From a virus (Duplodnaviria; Caudoviricetes), in the IMG/VR virus record IMGVR_UViG_3300034682_000455, positions 1-53,142 of that record: 53,142 nucleotides of DNA; one strand, written 5' to 3'. Shown here piece after piece: positions 18,759 to 27,712 of the stretch. A model generated the notes under the pieces. That model saw nothing but the letters and a program-made list of their open reading frames with translations. It searched no databases and was not told the origin of the DNA. The stretch's first letter is position 1. Each line of letters starts with the position of its first letter. Made by a program: the position numbers and the translations under genes.

Positions 18759-19067
18759 TTACCAGCGCGTATGCCGGTGCAGCTCAGCATCAAAGCGCCA
18801 TGCTTGGTACATGGTGTCTTTGTAGTACAGCCATGCGCCGTAAAGTATCGTCACTAGGGCAACAGCTTCAATAGCCAGAACAATCCAGATCGTTGTCGTT
18901 CCAAGGGGCACTTGAATTCGGCCCAAGGACGACAAGAAAATAAAAATCTGGGCAACAAAATAGCCAAAAAGACCGACACCAACCCCCACAGCCATGTGCA
19001 CAGGGCCCCTCCACCCCTCAAACTTATGTGCAATCCGTTCGGGTTCGAGTAAAAGATTCAAAAGCAT
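18759..19067 (-). CDS. Two-TM membrane protein, moron
   Basis: AAGGAGG RBS before MLLN; two hydrophobic spans; lower GC; antisense. Confidence 0.65.
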   Translation of the reverse strand: MLLNLLLEPERIAHKFEGWRGPVHMAVGVGVGLFGYFVAQIFIFLSSLGRIQVPLGTTTIWIVLAIEAVALVTILYGAWLYYKDTMYQAWRFDAELHRHTRW

Positions 19068-19149
19068 CTCAGATCCTCCTTGGGTGCATTCTGAGGTACA
19101 TGCTGTGAAACATGTGTTGTGCCTGCCAAACATGCTGGCCGTAAGACTC

Positions 19150-19190
19150 CCCCACTAGGGTTCGCTCCTGAGAAGCATCCTCGGAACACT
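19150..19190 (+). promoter_or_regulatory. Putative late promoter 1 (terS)
   Basis: CCCCACTAGGGTTCG then AACACT; final T 35 nt after the C of CTAG. Confidence 0.7.
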
Positions 19191-19197
19191 CCGGGGC

Positions 19198-19878
19198 ATG
19201 GCAAGCAGTACAGGCAAAGCACCCACCCCCACAAAGCCCCAGGTTGACTGGGAGCGCATCGCGCTGGACTACCGGGCAGCAATCAAGACGCTGCGCCAGA
19301 TCGCTGACGAGCACGGCATCTCGCATGGCGCCATCAACAAGCGCGCCAAGCGTGATGGATGGGAGCGCGACCTGACGGAAAAGATCCAGGCCAAGGCTGA
19401 TGCGCTGGTATCCAAGGCTGCAGTATCCAAGACGGTATCCAAAGAAGGGCGAGCGGCTGAGACCGCTGTCATCGAGGCCAACGCCCAGACGCAAGCCAGC
19501 ATCCGCCTGGCGCACCGCGCCGACATCGATCGCACCCGACGCCTGTGCATGCGCATGCTGGCAGAGCTGGAGCAGCAGAGCGCCGCGCCCGAGCTGCTGG
19601 GCGAGGTGGCCGAGATCCTGGCCGGCGTCCCGCCGGAGGAGATGACCAAGGCCCAGCGCGCGAAGCTGGCCGACGCCGCCGCCCGTGCGGGATCGCTGCA
19701 GTCCCGCTCCAGCACCATGCGGTCCCTGTCCGAATCGCTCAAGAGCTTGGTTGCCCTGGAGCGCCAGGCCTATGGCATCAAGGAGGAGGCCGCGCCGCCG
19801 CCAGACCCTGGTGTGGCCTCTTTCTCGACCGCTGACCTTTTTGCGATGCGCGATGCGCTCAAGAAGGGAGCCGCATGA
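19198..19878 (+). CDS. terS: Terminase small subunit
   Basis: DWERIALDYRA..KTLRQIADEHGISHGAINKRAKRDGW HTH; precedes TerL. Confidence 0.85.
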   Translation: MASSTGKAPTPTKPQVDWERIALDYRAAIKTLRQIADEHGISHGAINKRAKRDGWERDLTEKIQAKADALVSKAAVSKTVSKEGRAAETAVIEANAQTQASIRLAHRADIDRTRRLCMRMLAELEQQSAAPELLGEVAEILAGVPPEEMTKAQRAKLADAAARAGSLQSRSSTMRSLSESLKSLVALERQAYGIKEEAAPPPDPGVASFSTADLFAMRDALKKGAA

Positions 19879-20618
19879 ACGTCGACAACCTCTCACCCGC
19901 CCAGCGTGAAGCCATGCTGGCCTCCATCGAACTGGAGCTGTCCCGCCGCAAGATCGACAGCATGTACCCGGACACCGGGCCGCTGCGCCGCGAGCTGTAC
20001 CCCAAGCACATGGAGTTCTTCAAGGCCGGCGCCACCTACCGCGAGCGCTGCGCAATGGCGGCCAACCGCGTGGGCAAGACCGAGGGCATGGGCGGCTACG
20101 AAACCGCGCTGCACCTGACAGGCCGTTACCCGGAATGGTGGGAAGGGCGCCGCTTTGACCGGCCCGTGCGCTTCTGGGCTGCCGGCAAGACCAACGAAAC
20201 CACCCGCGACATCGTGCAGAACAAGCTGTTCGGCCCGGTGGTGGGCTCGGGCACGTCCAAGTGCTTCAGCGGCACCGGCCTGGTGTACGCCGACTGCATC
20301 GAGCGCGTGGGCTGGAAGCAGGGCGTGACCGACCTGGCCGACACCGTGTACGTCAAGCACGTCAGCGGCAAGTTCTCCGAGCTGGGCCTGAAGTCTTACC
20401 AACAGGGCCGGGGCAGCTTTGAAGGCACCGAGCGTGACGGCATCTGGCTGGACGAGGAGCCGCCGCTGGAGGTCTACAGCGAGTGCCTGATTCGCACGGC
20501 CACCACCAACGGCATCGTGTACATCACCTTCACCCCCCTGGAGGGCACCACCGGCACGGTGATGATGTTCCTGGAGGGCGAGCAGGAAGCCAAGGAGGAG
20601 CCACTGTGCCTGCAGTAA
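19875..20618 (+). CDS. terL: Terminase large subunit, N-terminal ATPase part (P22 gp2-like)
   Basis: AANRVGKT Walker A, LTGRYPEWWEG, IWLDEEP Walker B, ITFTP coupling motif. Confidence 0.92.
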   Translation: MNVDNLSPAQREAMLASIELELSRRKIDSMYPDTGPLRRELYPKHMEFFKAGATYRERCAMAANRVGKTEGMGGYETALHLTGRYPEWWEGRRFDRPVRFWAAGKTNETTRDIVQNKLFGPVVGSGTSKCFSGTGLVYADCIERVGWKQGVTDLADTVYVKHVSGKFSELGLKSYQQGRGSFEGTERDGIWLDEEPPLEVYSECLIRTATTNGIVYITFTPLEGTTGTVMMFLEGEQEAKEEPLCLQ

Positions 20619-21370
20619 GCGCATTCCGCTACCTGGTGACCGCCGGCTGGGACGATGTGCCCCACCTGGACGAAAAGACCAAAAAGGAGCTGTGGGCCAG
20701 CTCGCCCCCGCATGAGCGCGAGGCCCGTGCCAAGGGCATCCCGACGCTGGGCAGTGGCCGCATCTTCCCCGTGGAAGAGAACAGCATCAAGGTGCCGGCG
20801 TTTGCCGTGCCGCCGCACTGGGCCCGCATCAACGGTATCGACTTCGGCTGGGACCACCCGACCGCAGCGGTGCAGCTGGCCTGGGACCGGGACAACGACT
20901 GCATCTACGTGATCCAGGCGCACCGGCTGAGCCACGCCACGCCGGTGATCCATGCCTCCACCATCAAGCCCTGGGGCGACTGGGTGCCCACGGCCTGGCC
21001 GCACGACGGGGAGCAGCACGACAAGGGCTCTGGCGAGCAGCTGGCGCTGCAGTACGCCAAGGCTGGTTTGAAGATGCTCAAGCACCGCGCCACGTTTGAA
21101 GATGGCTCCAACGGTGTGGAGGCCGGCCTGATTGACATGCTGGACCGCATGCAGACCGGGCGCTGGAAGGTGTTTGCCCACCTGGGCGACTGGTTCCAGG
21201 AGTTCAAGCTGTACCACCGCAAGGACGGCAAGGTCGTCAAGAAGCTGGACGACTTGATGAGCGCAAGCCGCTACGCCTTGATGATGAAGCGCAAGGCCAT
21301 CACCCAGCCCAAGCCGCAGCGCCCGATAACCGGTGGCTGGGCGCCGCTGGATCAAGAAATGGGGTACTGA
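20606..21370 (+). CDS. terL: Terminase large subunit, C-terminal nuclease part
   Basis: HEREARAKGIP.LGSGRIF, GIDFGWDHPTA, WPHDG, DDLMSASRY; GTG start 7 nt after AAGGAGG. Confidence 0.9.
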   Translation: MPAVSAFRYLVTAGWDDVPHLDEKTKKELWASSPPHEREARAKGIPTLGSGRIFPVEENSIKVPAFAVPPHWARINGIDFGWDHPTAAVQLAWDRDNDCIYVIQAHRLSHATPVIHASTIKPWGDWVPTAWPHDGEQHDKGSGEQLALQYAKAGLKMLKHRATFEDGSNGVEAGLIDMLDRMQTGRWKVFAHLGDWFQEFKLYHRKDGKVVKKLDDLMSASRYALMMKRKAITQPKPQRPITGGWAPLDQEMGY

Positions 21371-21371
21371 A

Positions 21372-23582
21372 ATGCAAGCAACCGCTAACAACGGGGGCGT
21401 GCAGCCCCAGGGCGCCGAAGCGCCAGCCATTGATGACCGCCAGACCCTGCTGCAGAACCTGCTGGCCAAGCGCCGCGAGGCGATTGCTGGGCGTGCTGGC
21501 TCGGGCATCGAAGAGGAGTGGACCGAGGACGAGGAGCACTACCAGGGCATCGATGATGCCAACCGGGCATTCCAGTCGGCCAACATGCTGTACCGCAGCC
21601 GCAGCAAGGCGCTGCTGTCGGGCCAGCAGCAGGGCCAGCAGCCCGCGCGCTCCGTGGTGTTCCTGAACATCACACGTCCGTATGTGGATGCGGCCAGCGC
21701 CCGGGTGGCCGACATGCTGCTGCCGACGGACGACCGCGCCTGGGAGATCAAGTCCACGCCGATTCCGACGCTCAGCCAGCTGCAGCTGACCAAACTGGCC
21801 GAGGCGATGCGAATGCCCAGCACGGATGATGTGCAGGATGCGATGGAGCAGCAGGCCAAGCTGGCCCAGGAGGCGGCTGCCAAGATGCAAAAGGCCATCG
21901 AGGATCCGCTGGTGGAGTCCAACTGGCACGGCGAGGTGCGTCAGGTGATCGAAGACTCTGCGCGCTGCGGCTCTGGCGTGCTCAAAGGCCCGTTCCCCGT
22001 GGTGCGGACGGTGCGCTTGACGCGCCAGGACCCGGTGACCCAGCTCAAGACACAGCACAAGGTGGACGAAATCAAGCCTGGCAGCAAGCGCATCGACTTC
22101 TGGAACCTGTTCCCGGATCCAGCCTGCGGCGAGAACATCCATACCGGCAGCTTCATTTTTGAGCGCGAGTACATCGGCAAGCGCCAGATCCTGGAATTGC
22201 TCAAGGATGCGAGCTATGACCGTGCGGAGTTGCTGGCCGTGCTGCGCGAGGGCCCGGCAAAGACCCGGGAGGGCACGGAGTCGGTCTACCGCCATGGCGA
22301 CGACGAGTTTGAAATGTGGATCTTCCACGGGCACTGCATGCGTCAGCAGCTGCAGGCCATGGGGGTGGAGCTGGACCACGACGCCGAGGAGCAATTGCCG
22401 GCCATGGCGGTGATGATCAACGACCGCCTGGTCAAGGCCGTGCTCAGTCCCTTGGAAAGCGGCGAGTTTCCCTATGACGTGCTGGCCTGGCAGCGCCGCC
22501 CAGGTATGCCCTGGGGGATTGGCATCAGCCGCCAGATCCGTACCGTGCAGCGCATGATCAATGCCAACACACGCGCCATGATGGACAACAGCGGTCTGTC
22601 TGCCGCACCGCAGATCGTGATCGGCAACGGTATCACGCCAGTGGATGGCGTCTTCTCGATCCGTCCCGGCAAGCTCTGGCGCGCGGAAGCTGGCAGCGAT
22701 GTGCAGGACGTGACCAAAGCCTTTGCCAGCTTTTCGGTGACCAGCGTGCAAAACGAGCTGATGAACATCATCCAGTTCGCCCAGAAGATGGCCGAGGACA
22801 CCACGGGCATGCCGGCGATGCTGCAGGGCATCCGTGGCGATGCTCCGCAGACCCTGGGCGGCATGCAGATGCAGAACAACAATGCCACCAGCGTGCTGCG
22901 CCGACTGGCCAAGCGCTTTGACGACTACATGACGCGACCGCACATCCAGCGCTATTTCGACTGGATGATGAGCTACAGCGACGACGACAGCATCAAGGGG
23001 GACTTCGAAATCGAAGTCCGCGCATCTTCAGCCCTGGTGGAGCGGGACGCCCAGCAGCAGTTCCTGATGTCGCTGCTGCAGGCTTCGGCCAACCCGGTGT
23101 ATGAGCTGGATCCGGCCAAGCTCGCGGCCGAGCTGTGCCGTGGTCAGCGCCTGGACCCGAAGAACTTCCAGCTGACAGAGGAGCAGAAGGCCCAGCGGGC
23201 ACAGCAGGGGCAAGACCCCACCATGCAGGCCAGGGCCAAGCTGTTCGGTGCGCAGGCAGAGAAGGCCCTGGCAGACGCCGAGCGTTTGCAGGCCCTGACC
23301 GTGGGCGCCCGGGTGGAGGCCCAGTACAGCGGGGTGCAAACTGCCCAGGTGATTGAGCAAATACCCGGCACCGCCACCACGGCCGATGCGCTGCTGCGTT
23401 CTGCCGGCGCCAAGGACATGGATGCCGCGCCCATCGTGCCCCAGGCCAGTGGAGCAGGGGAGGTGCCGGACATTGATATGCCCACGAACACCAACCCGCT
23501 GACGCCGGCCAATCCAGAAAGCCCCGCCGTAGGGATGCAGGCCGGCATCGAGACGCAGGCGAACGACGGCGTACGGACCTGA
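21372..23582 (+). CDS. Portal protein
   Basis: 736 aa between terminase and scaffold; TTGMP..LQG, TLGGM.M..NNA portal-like motifs. Confidence 0.85.
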   Translation: MQATANNGGVQPQGAEAPAIDDRQTLLQNLLAKRREAIAGRAGSGIEEEWTEDEEHYQGIDDANRAFQSANMLYRSRSKALLSGQQQGQQPARSVVFLNITRPYVDAASARVADMLLPTDDRAWEIKSTPIPTLSQLQLTKLAEAMRMPSTDDVQDAMEQQAKLAQEAAAKMQKAIEDPLVESNWHGEVRQVIEDSARCGSGVLKGPFPVVRTVRLTRQDPVTQLKTQHKVDEIKPGSKRIDFWNLFPDPACGENIHTGSFIFEREYIGKRQILELLKDASYDRAELLAVLREGPAKTREGTESVYRHGDDEFEMWIFHGHCMRQQLQAMGVELDHDAEEQLPAMAVMINDRLVKAVLSPLESGEFPYDVLAWQRRPGMPWGIGISRQIRTVQRMINANTRAMMDNSGLSAAPQIVIGNGITPVDGVFSIRPGKLWRAEAGSDVQDVTKAFASFSVTSVQNELMNIIQFAQKMAEDTTGMPAMLQGIRGDAPQTLGGMQMQNNNATSVLRRLAKRFDDYMTRPHIQRYFDWMMSYSDDDSIKGDFEIEVRASSALVERDAQQQFLMSLLQASANPVYELDPAKLAAELCRGQRLDPKNFQLTEEQKAQRAQQGQDPTMQARAKLFGAQAEKALADAERLQALTVGARVEAQYSGVQTAQVIEQIPGTATTADALLRSAGAKDMDAAPIVPQASGAGEVPDIDMPTNTNPLTPANPESPAVGMQAGIETQANDGVRT

Positions 23583-23655
23583 TCGACTCACCCCACCTTC
23601 CAGCCCTCCTGGTGCACAGCCTGGAGGGCTTGTTTTATTGGGGAGCGCGGCACGC

Positions 23656-23697
23656 CCCCGGCTAGGGATTCGTCTTTGTGGCGCCAAGCCAGAAACT
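23656..23697 (+). promoter_or_regulatory. Putative late promoter 2 (head operon)
   Basis: CCCCGGCTAGGGATTCG then GAAACT, T at +35. Confidence 0.7.
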
Positions 23698-23704
23698 GCC
23701 AGCC

Positions 23705-23920
23705 ATGACGAATTCGGCCATCGACTTCCACTCGCCAACCTGGCGTGCCATCGCGGACAAGGCGCAAGCACAGCTGGACACGTTGCGGGTGAAGAACGAC
23801 AGCCCAGCGCTGGATGCGATCCGCACGGCAGAAACCCGTGGCCGCATCGCAGCGTGGAAAGAGTTACTGGCGATGGCAGATGACAAGCCAGCCCCAGTGC
23901 AGGAGACCCCCGCCTATTGA
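23705..23920 (+). CDS. Small head-module protein (71 aa)
   Basis: T...RGRI...KELL motif; position after portal. Confidence 0.75.
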   Translation: MTNSAIDFHSPTWRAIADKAQAQLDTLRVKNDSPALDAIRTAETRGRIAAWKELLAMADDKPAPVQETPAY

Positions 23921-23956
23921 GGCCGAGGTCGTTGAAACCACAGGAGTGCATGACGC

Positions 23957-24883
23957 ATGAACGTAGAAGACCAGCAAGCAGAGCGCGCAGCGTTCGAACA
24001 GGGATTTGCACAAGCTTCCGGGCAGCCCGCACCAGCCCCCGCCGCGCCTGCGGCCGAGGCGCAAGCGACCTCCCAGACTGAGCAAGCTCCTGCCGCGCAA
24101 ACCACTGAGCAGCCCGGTGAAGCGCCAGGCGCTGCCAGCACCACGGCGGAGGGTGCAGCGGCACCCCCTGCAGACGCTGGCCCAGCCGAAGGTGAAGACC
24201 CGGTGGTGTTCGGTGGCTACAAACGCAGCGAGCTTGAACGCTTGGTGGAGCAGGCCGGCAAGGTGACCGATCTGGCACAACAGCTGCGCAAGGCCCAGGG
24301 AAAGATTGGCGAACTCAACAGCAAGCTGCAAACCCAGGCCCCGGCGCAAACGACAGCACCGACGCAACAGAAGGTTGCGCCCGAGCTGCCGCCAGAGCTG
24401 GTGCAGTTCGAGCAGGACTTCCCGGAGTTTGCGACCTACGCCAAAGCGGTGATCGCCGCCCAGCAGCAGCCCACACCGGCAGCCCCGCCCGCCTCAGTGC
24501 AGCAGACCGTGGCCACGGTTGCAGCACCGGCGTCCGCCGAGCTAGACCCTGTGGCGATTGAGCTGGCCGTCATGGATCGCATGCACACAGGGTGGCGTGA
24601 GAAGGTGCAGGGGCCGGAGTTCAACTCCTGGCTGGCAGCCCAGACCGAGGCGGTACAGACCGCGTTCGGCGAGGCAGACACCGCCGATGCGCTGGCGGCC
24701 GTCATTGGTCAGTTCGATCAGTGGTCGAGCGCCAAGCAGGCCCAGGCCCAAAAGCAGCAAAAGGGCCAGCAGCGCCTGGCAGCCGCGGTGACGCCGCAAG
24801 GCAACGCGCCCAAGCCCCAAGCCACGCCTACCGAAACTGACGATTTTCATGCTGGCTTCCAGTCAGTGATGGGCCGACGCTAG
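23957..24883 (+). CDS. Scaffolding protein
   Basis: Ala/Gln/Pro-rich with coiled coil; immediately before the capsid gene. Confidence 0.75.
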   Translation: MNVEDQQAERAAFEQGFAQASGQPAPAPAAPAAEAQATSQTEQAPAAQTTEQPGEAPGAASTTAEGAAAPPADAGPAEGEDPVVFGGYKRSELERLVEQAGKVTDLAQQLRKAQGKIGELNSKLQTQAPAQTTAPTQQKVAPELPPELVQFEQDFPEFATYAKAVIAAQQQPTPAAPPASVQQTVATVAAPASAELDPVAIELAVMDRMHTGWREKVQGPEFNSWLAAQTEAVQTAFGEADTADALAAVIGQFDQWSSAKQAQAQKQQKGQQRLAAAVTPQGNAPKPQATPTETDDFHAGFQSVMGRR

Positions 24884-24899
24884 GCCCGAGGAGAAAACC

Positions 24900-25934
24900 A
24901 TGACTCAATTCGCTTCCGGCGCCCCGGCGCCACGCATCGGCAAGATCAAGGGCGAGATCCTCGCCCACGCGATTGCCACCGAAGTGCTGGGCATTTGCGG
25001 CCAGCAGCGCCCCCTGCCCAAGAACCAGGGCAAGACCGTGATCTTTCGCCGCTACCTGCCCTACGGTGCGACGAACACCAACTGGGACACGCGCAACCGT
25101 CCGGCGGTCGACGCCGCCGCGCACGAGCTGGTCGAGGGTGTCACGCCCACGGCCGACAGCCTCACGCCTCAGGACATCACGGCGGTGATCAAGCAGTACG
25201 GCTGCCTGTACCAGTTGACCGACCAGGTGGCCGACACCTATGAAGACGACGTGCCTGCGGAAATGAAGAAGCAGTGCGGCGAGCGTGTGGGCCTGCTGCG
25301 CGAGATGATCCGCTACGGTGGCATCAAGGCCTGCACGAATGTGTTCTTCGCTGGTGGTTCTAGCCGTGCCACGGTGGCCAGCAAGATCACGCTGAACCTG
25401 CTGCGCAAGATCAGCCGCAATCTGCAGGCCAACCATGCCAAGCGCATCACCGGCATCCTGGCGCCATCGGCCGACATTGCCACCCAGCCGGTGGAAGCGT
25501 CGTACCTGGTGTTTGTGCACACCGACGCCGAAGCCGATGTGCGTGATCTGGCTAACTTCGTGCACGTCAGCGAGTACGGCAGCCGCAAGCCGGTGCATGC
25601 CCAGGAGCTGGGTTCTTGCGAGAACTTCCGCTTCGTGACCTCGCCCGAGCTGGCGCCGTACCTGGCCGCCGGCGCCGATGTGGCCGCAACGGGCCTGATG
25701 GGCACCGGCAAGGTGGACGTGTACCCGTTCATCGTGGCCGGCGAGGACGCCTGGGGGCAGCTGGCGCTGCGCGGTGTGGACGCGATCGATCCGACCTACA
25801 TCCCCGTGGGCCAGAAGGACAAGTCCGACCCCCTGGGCCAGCGCGGCTACGTGGGCGCCAAGTTCTACATGAACATGACCCTGCTGAACGAGGGCTGGAT
25901 GGCCATCGCTGAGGCCGGCGTCTCCTCCCTGTAA
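24900..25934 (+). CDS. Major capsid protein, N4-gp56 family
   Basis: LPKNQGKTVIFRRY, L.EGVTP, KSDPLGQRGYVG.K motifs. Confidence 0.9.
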   Translation: MTQFASGAPAPRIGKIKGEILAHAIATEVLGICGQQRPLPKNQGKTVIFRRYLPYGATNTNWDTRNRPAVDAAAHELVEGVTPTADSLTPQDITAVIKQYGCLYQLTDQVADTYEDDVPAEMKKQCGERVGLLREMIRYGGIKACTNVFFAGGSSRATVASKITLNLLRKISRNLQANHAKRITGILAPSADIATQPVEASYLVFVHTDAEADVRDLANFVHVSEYGSRKPVHAQELGSCENFRFVTSPELAPYLAAGADVAATGLMGTGKVDVYPFIVAGEDAWGQLALRGVDAIDPTYIPVGQKDKSDPLGQRGYVGAKFYMNMTLLNEGWMAIAEAGVSSL

Positions 25935-26006
25935 CCCAAGTCCCAGCGCACCCCAGGCGGGTGTGCTGGGCAGCCTTTCACCCCAATACCTCACAGGACG
26001 ACCAAC

Positions 26007-26477
26007 ATGCCTCCTCGCACACCCCGCACCAACACCCAGATCGATGCCGGCGCCGAATACCTGGGCCAAGAGCAACAAGGCGCCATTGGCGAAATCCGCA
26101 CGACCGCCGGCGTCGACGTGGTGGACAAGCCCCTGCCCAAGGGCGCGCTGGAGCTGGAGGCTTTCATGAACGAGCCCGTGACCATCCTGGTCAACCCAGC
26201 GACCGATCCCGACGAGCCGCGCCTGGTGCAGGTGGGCGTGAACGGCGTCAACCAGTTCCTGCCGCGTGGTGAGCAGATCACGGTCAAGCGCAAGTATGTG
26301 GAAGTCCTGGCCCGCGCCAAGCGCACCAACTTCTCGCAGACCCTGGATGAACGCCTGGGCGAGGGCATGAACCACCTGAAGGCCATGCACCTGCTTCGCT
26401 TCCCGTTTTCGGTGATCGAGGACCGAAACCCCAACGGTGGCCCCTGGCTGCGCGGCGTCTTGGCCGAAGCCCGATAA
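26007..26477 (+). CDS. Head-module hypothetical protein (156 aa)
   Basis: VGVNG....LPRG..I.V.RKYVEVLARAK; follows the capsid gene. Confidence 0.75.
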   Translation: MPPRTPRTNTQIDAGAEYLGQEQQGAIGEIRTTAGVDVVDKPLPKGALELEAFMNEPVTILVNPATDPDEPRLVQVGVNGVNQFLPRGEQITVKRKYVEVLARAKRTNFSQTLDERLGEGMNHLKAMHLLRFPFSVIEDRNPNGGPWLRGVLAEAR

Positions 26478-26494
26478 GCTGAAAGCTGGCTGCG

Positions 26495-27145
26495 ATGAAG
26501 CTCAAAGACCTGATCGCGCTGTACCGGGCGCAGTCGTGCGACAACGCGGATCCTCCGCTGTGCAGTCCCGAGCTGCTGACCCTGTATGCCAACGAGGCCC
26601 AGGCGGAAGCCTGCAGGCGCAGCCACCTGTTGCTGGATTCAGAAGGCAGCATGTGCCGCCTGCAGGTGACGGCTGGCCAGCGCAGCGTTCCTTTGGCGCC
26701 CGGTGTGCTGATGATCCGGCGTGCATTTCTGGGCCTGCAGCCGCTGGAGAGCACATCCGCAGACTGGATGGATGGCACGTTTCCGGGCTGGCAAGCGCAG
26801 GTGCGTGTCGGTACACCGCTGTATTTGGTCAGTGGCCTGGACAGCGCCAAGTTGCACCTGTACCCACTGCCGCAGCAGGACGGCACCATCGAGCTGACAG
26901 TGAGCCGCCTACCGGCATTGCTTGAAGGTGAAGACAGCGTTCCCGAGATTCGGGAGGAGCTTCACCCAGCGCTGGTCGACTGGATGCTGTACCGCGTCTA
27001 CAGCAGCCAGGACACGGACCTGTACAACGACGCCAAGGCAGCGATTGCACTCAGGCGCTTTGAAGCCGAGTTCGGCCGCAAGACGAGTGGGCGCAACGAG
27101 CAGTGGCAGCGGGTGGCACAGGCGATGCCCGGTCCAATTGTGTGA
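26495..27145 (+). CDS. Putative head-tail adaptor
   Basis: ELL.LYANEAQ.EAC.R and PEI....HPALVDW.LYR.Y...D.D motifs. Confidence 0.7.
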   Translation: MKLKDLIALYRAQSCDNADPPLCSPELLTLYANEAQAEACRRSHLLLDSEGSMCRLQVTAGQRSVPLAPGVLMIRRAFLGLQPLESTSADWMDGTFPGWQAQVRVGTPLYLVSGLDSAKLHLYPLPQQDGTIELTVSRLPALLEGEDSVPEIREELHPALVDWMLYRVYSSQDTDLYNDAKAAIALRRFEAEFGRKTSGRNEQWQRVAQAMPGPIV

Positions 27146-27187
27146 CCCCGGCTAAGGTTCGCGGATAGGTGGACGTTCCAATGAAAT
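27146..27187 (+). promoter_or_regulatory. Putative late promoter 3
   Basis: CCCCGGCTAAGGTTCG then TGAAAT, T at +35. Confidence 0.62.
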
Positions 27188-27230
27188 CAAGGCTCCCGAT
27201 GTGGAGCCTTTTTCATTTACAGGAGCAAGC

Positions 27231-27506
27231 ATGACCAGCACCGCCAAAGCGACCAGCAAGACCAAGACCAGCGCACCTGCCAAGACTGGCCGGCAAACCA
27301 GCGTCGCACCAGCAGCAAAAGCCCAGGAAACCTCGCAGGCCCAGCAGCAGGCCGCTGAAGCACCAACCAGTCGCAAGTTCGAAAGCTCTGACGCGCTGGC
27401 GCATTACATCCAGCACAACCCTGAATTCGGCACGCGACCTTTGGATGAGCAGAACGAACTGCGTACCCAGCTGGTGCAGGCCAAGCGTGTCGAAGCGGTT
27501 GGCTAG
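27231..27506 (+). CDS. Hypothetical protein (91 aa, Thr/Ala/Lys-rich N-terminus)
   Basis: AGGAG RBS before ATG 27231. Confidence 0.65.
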   Translation: MTSTAKATSKTKTSAPAKTGRQTSVAPAAKAQETSQAQQQAAEAPTSRKFESSDALAHYIQHNPEFGTRPLDEQNELRTQLVQAKRVEAVG

Positions 27507-27648
27507 GGGAACTGGCCTGGTGGGAGCAAGCGCTTGATCCTCACGGAAGGGGATTTACTGGCTGACCTCAGCGGGACACACAGGCCGGACAATCACATCG
27601 ATTAAGCTGGGCGACGGGTCCGGCGGACCGGAAAACTATGCTGTGAGC

Positions 27649-27672
27649 GGCTGCTCTCGGCCAGAAGCTGAC
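27649..27672 (+). repeat. 24-nt cargo-border element, copy A
   Basis: GGCTGCTCTCGGCCAGAAGCTGAC; a partial copy GTCCGCTCTAGGCTCGTAAC follows at 27693-27712. Confidence 0.55.
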
Positions 27673-27712
27673 CTTGAGCCACAACTTAAGTAGTCCGCTC
27701 TAGGCTCGTAAC

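Noticed and set aside
20483-20605. N-terminal extension of the second terminase ORF in the ORF track
   Set aside because: Shadow of the ATPase ORF; the RBS-supported start is GTG 20606
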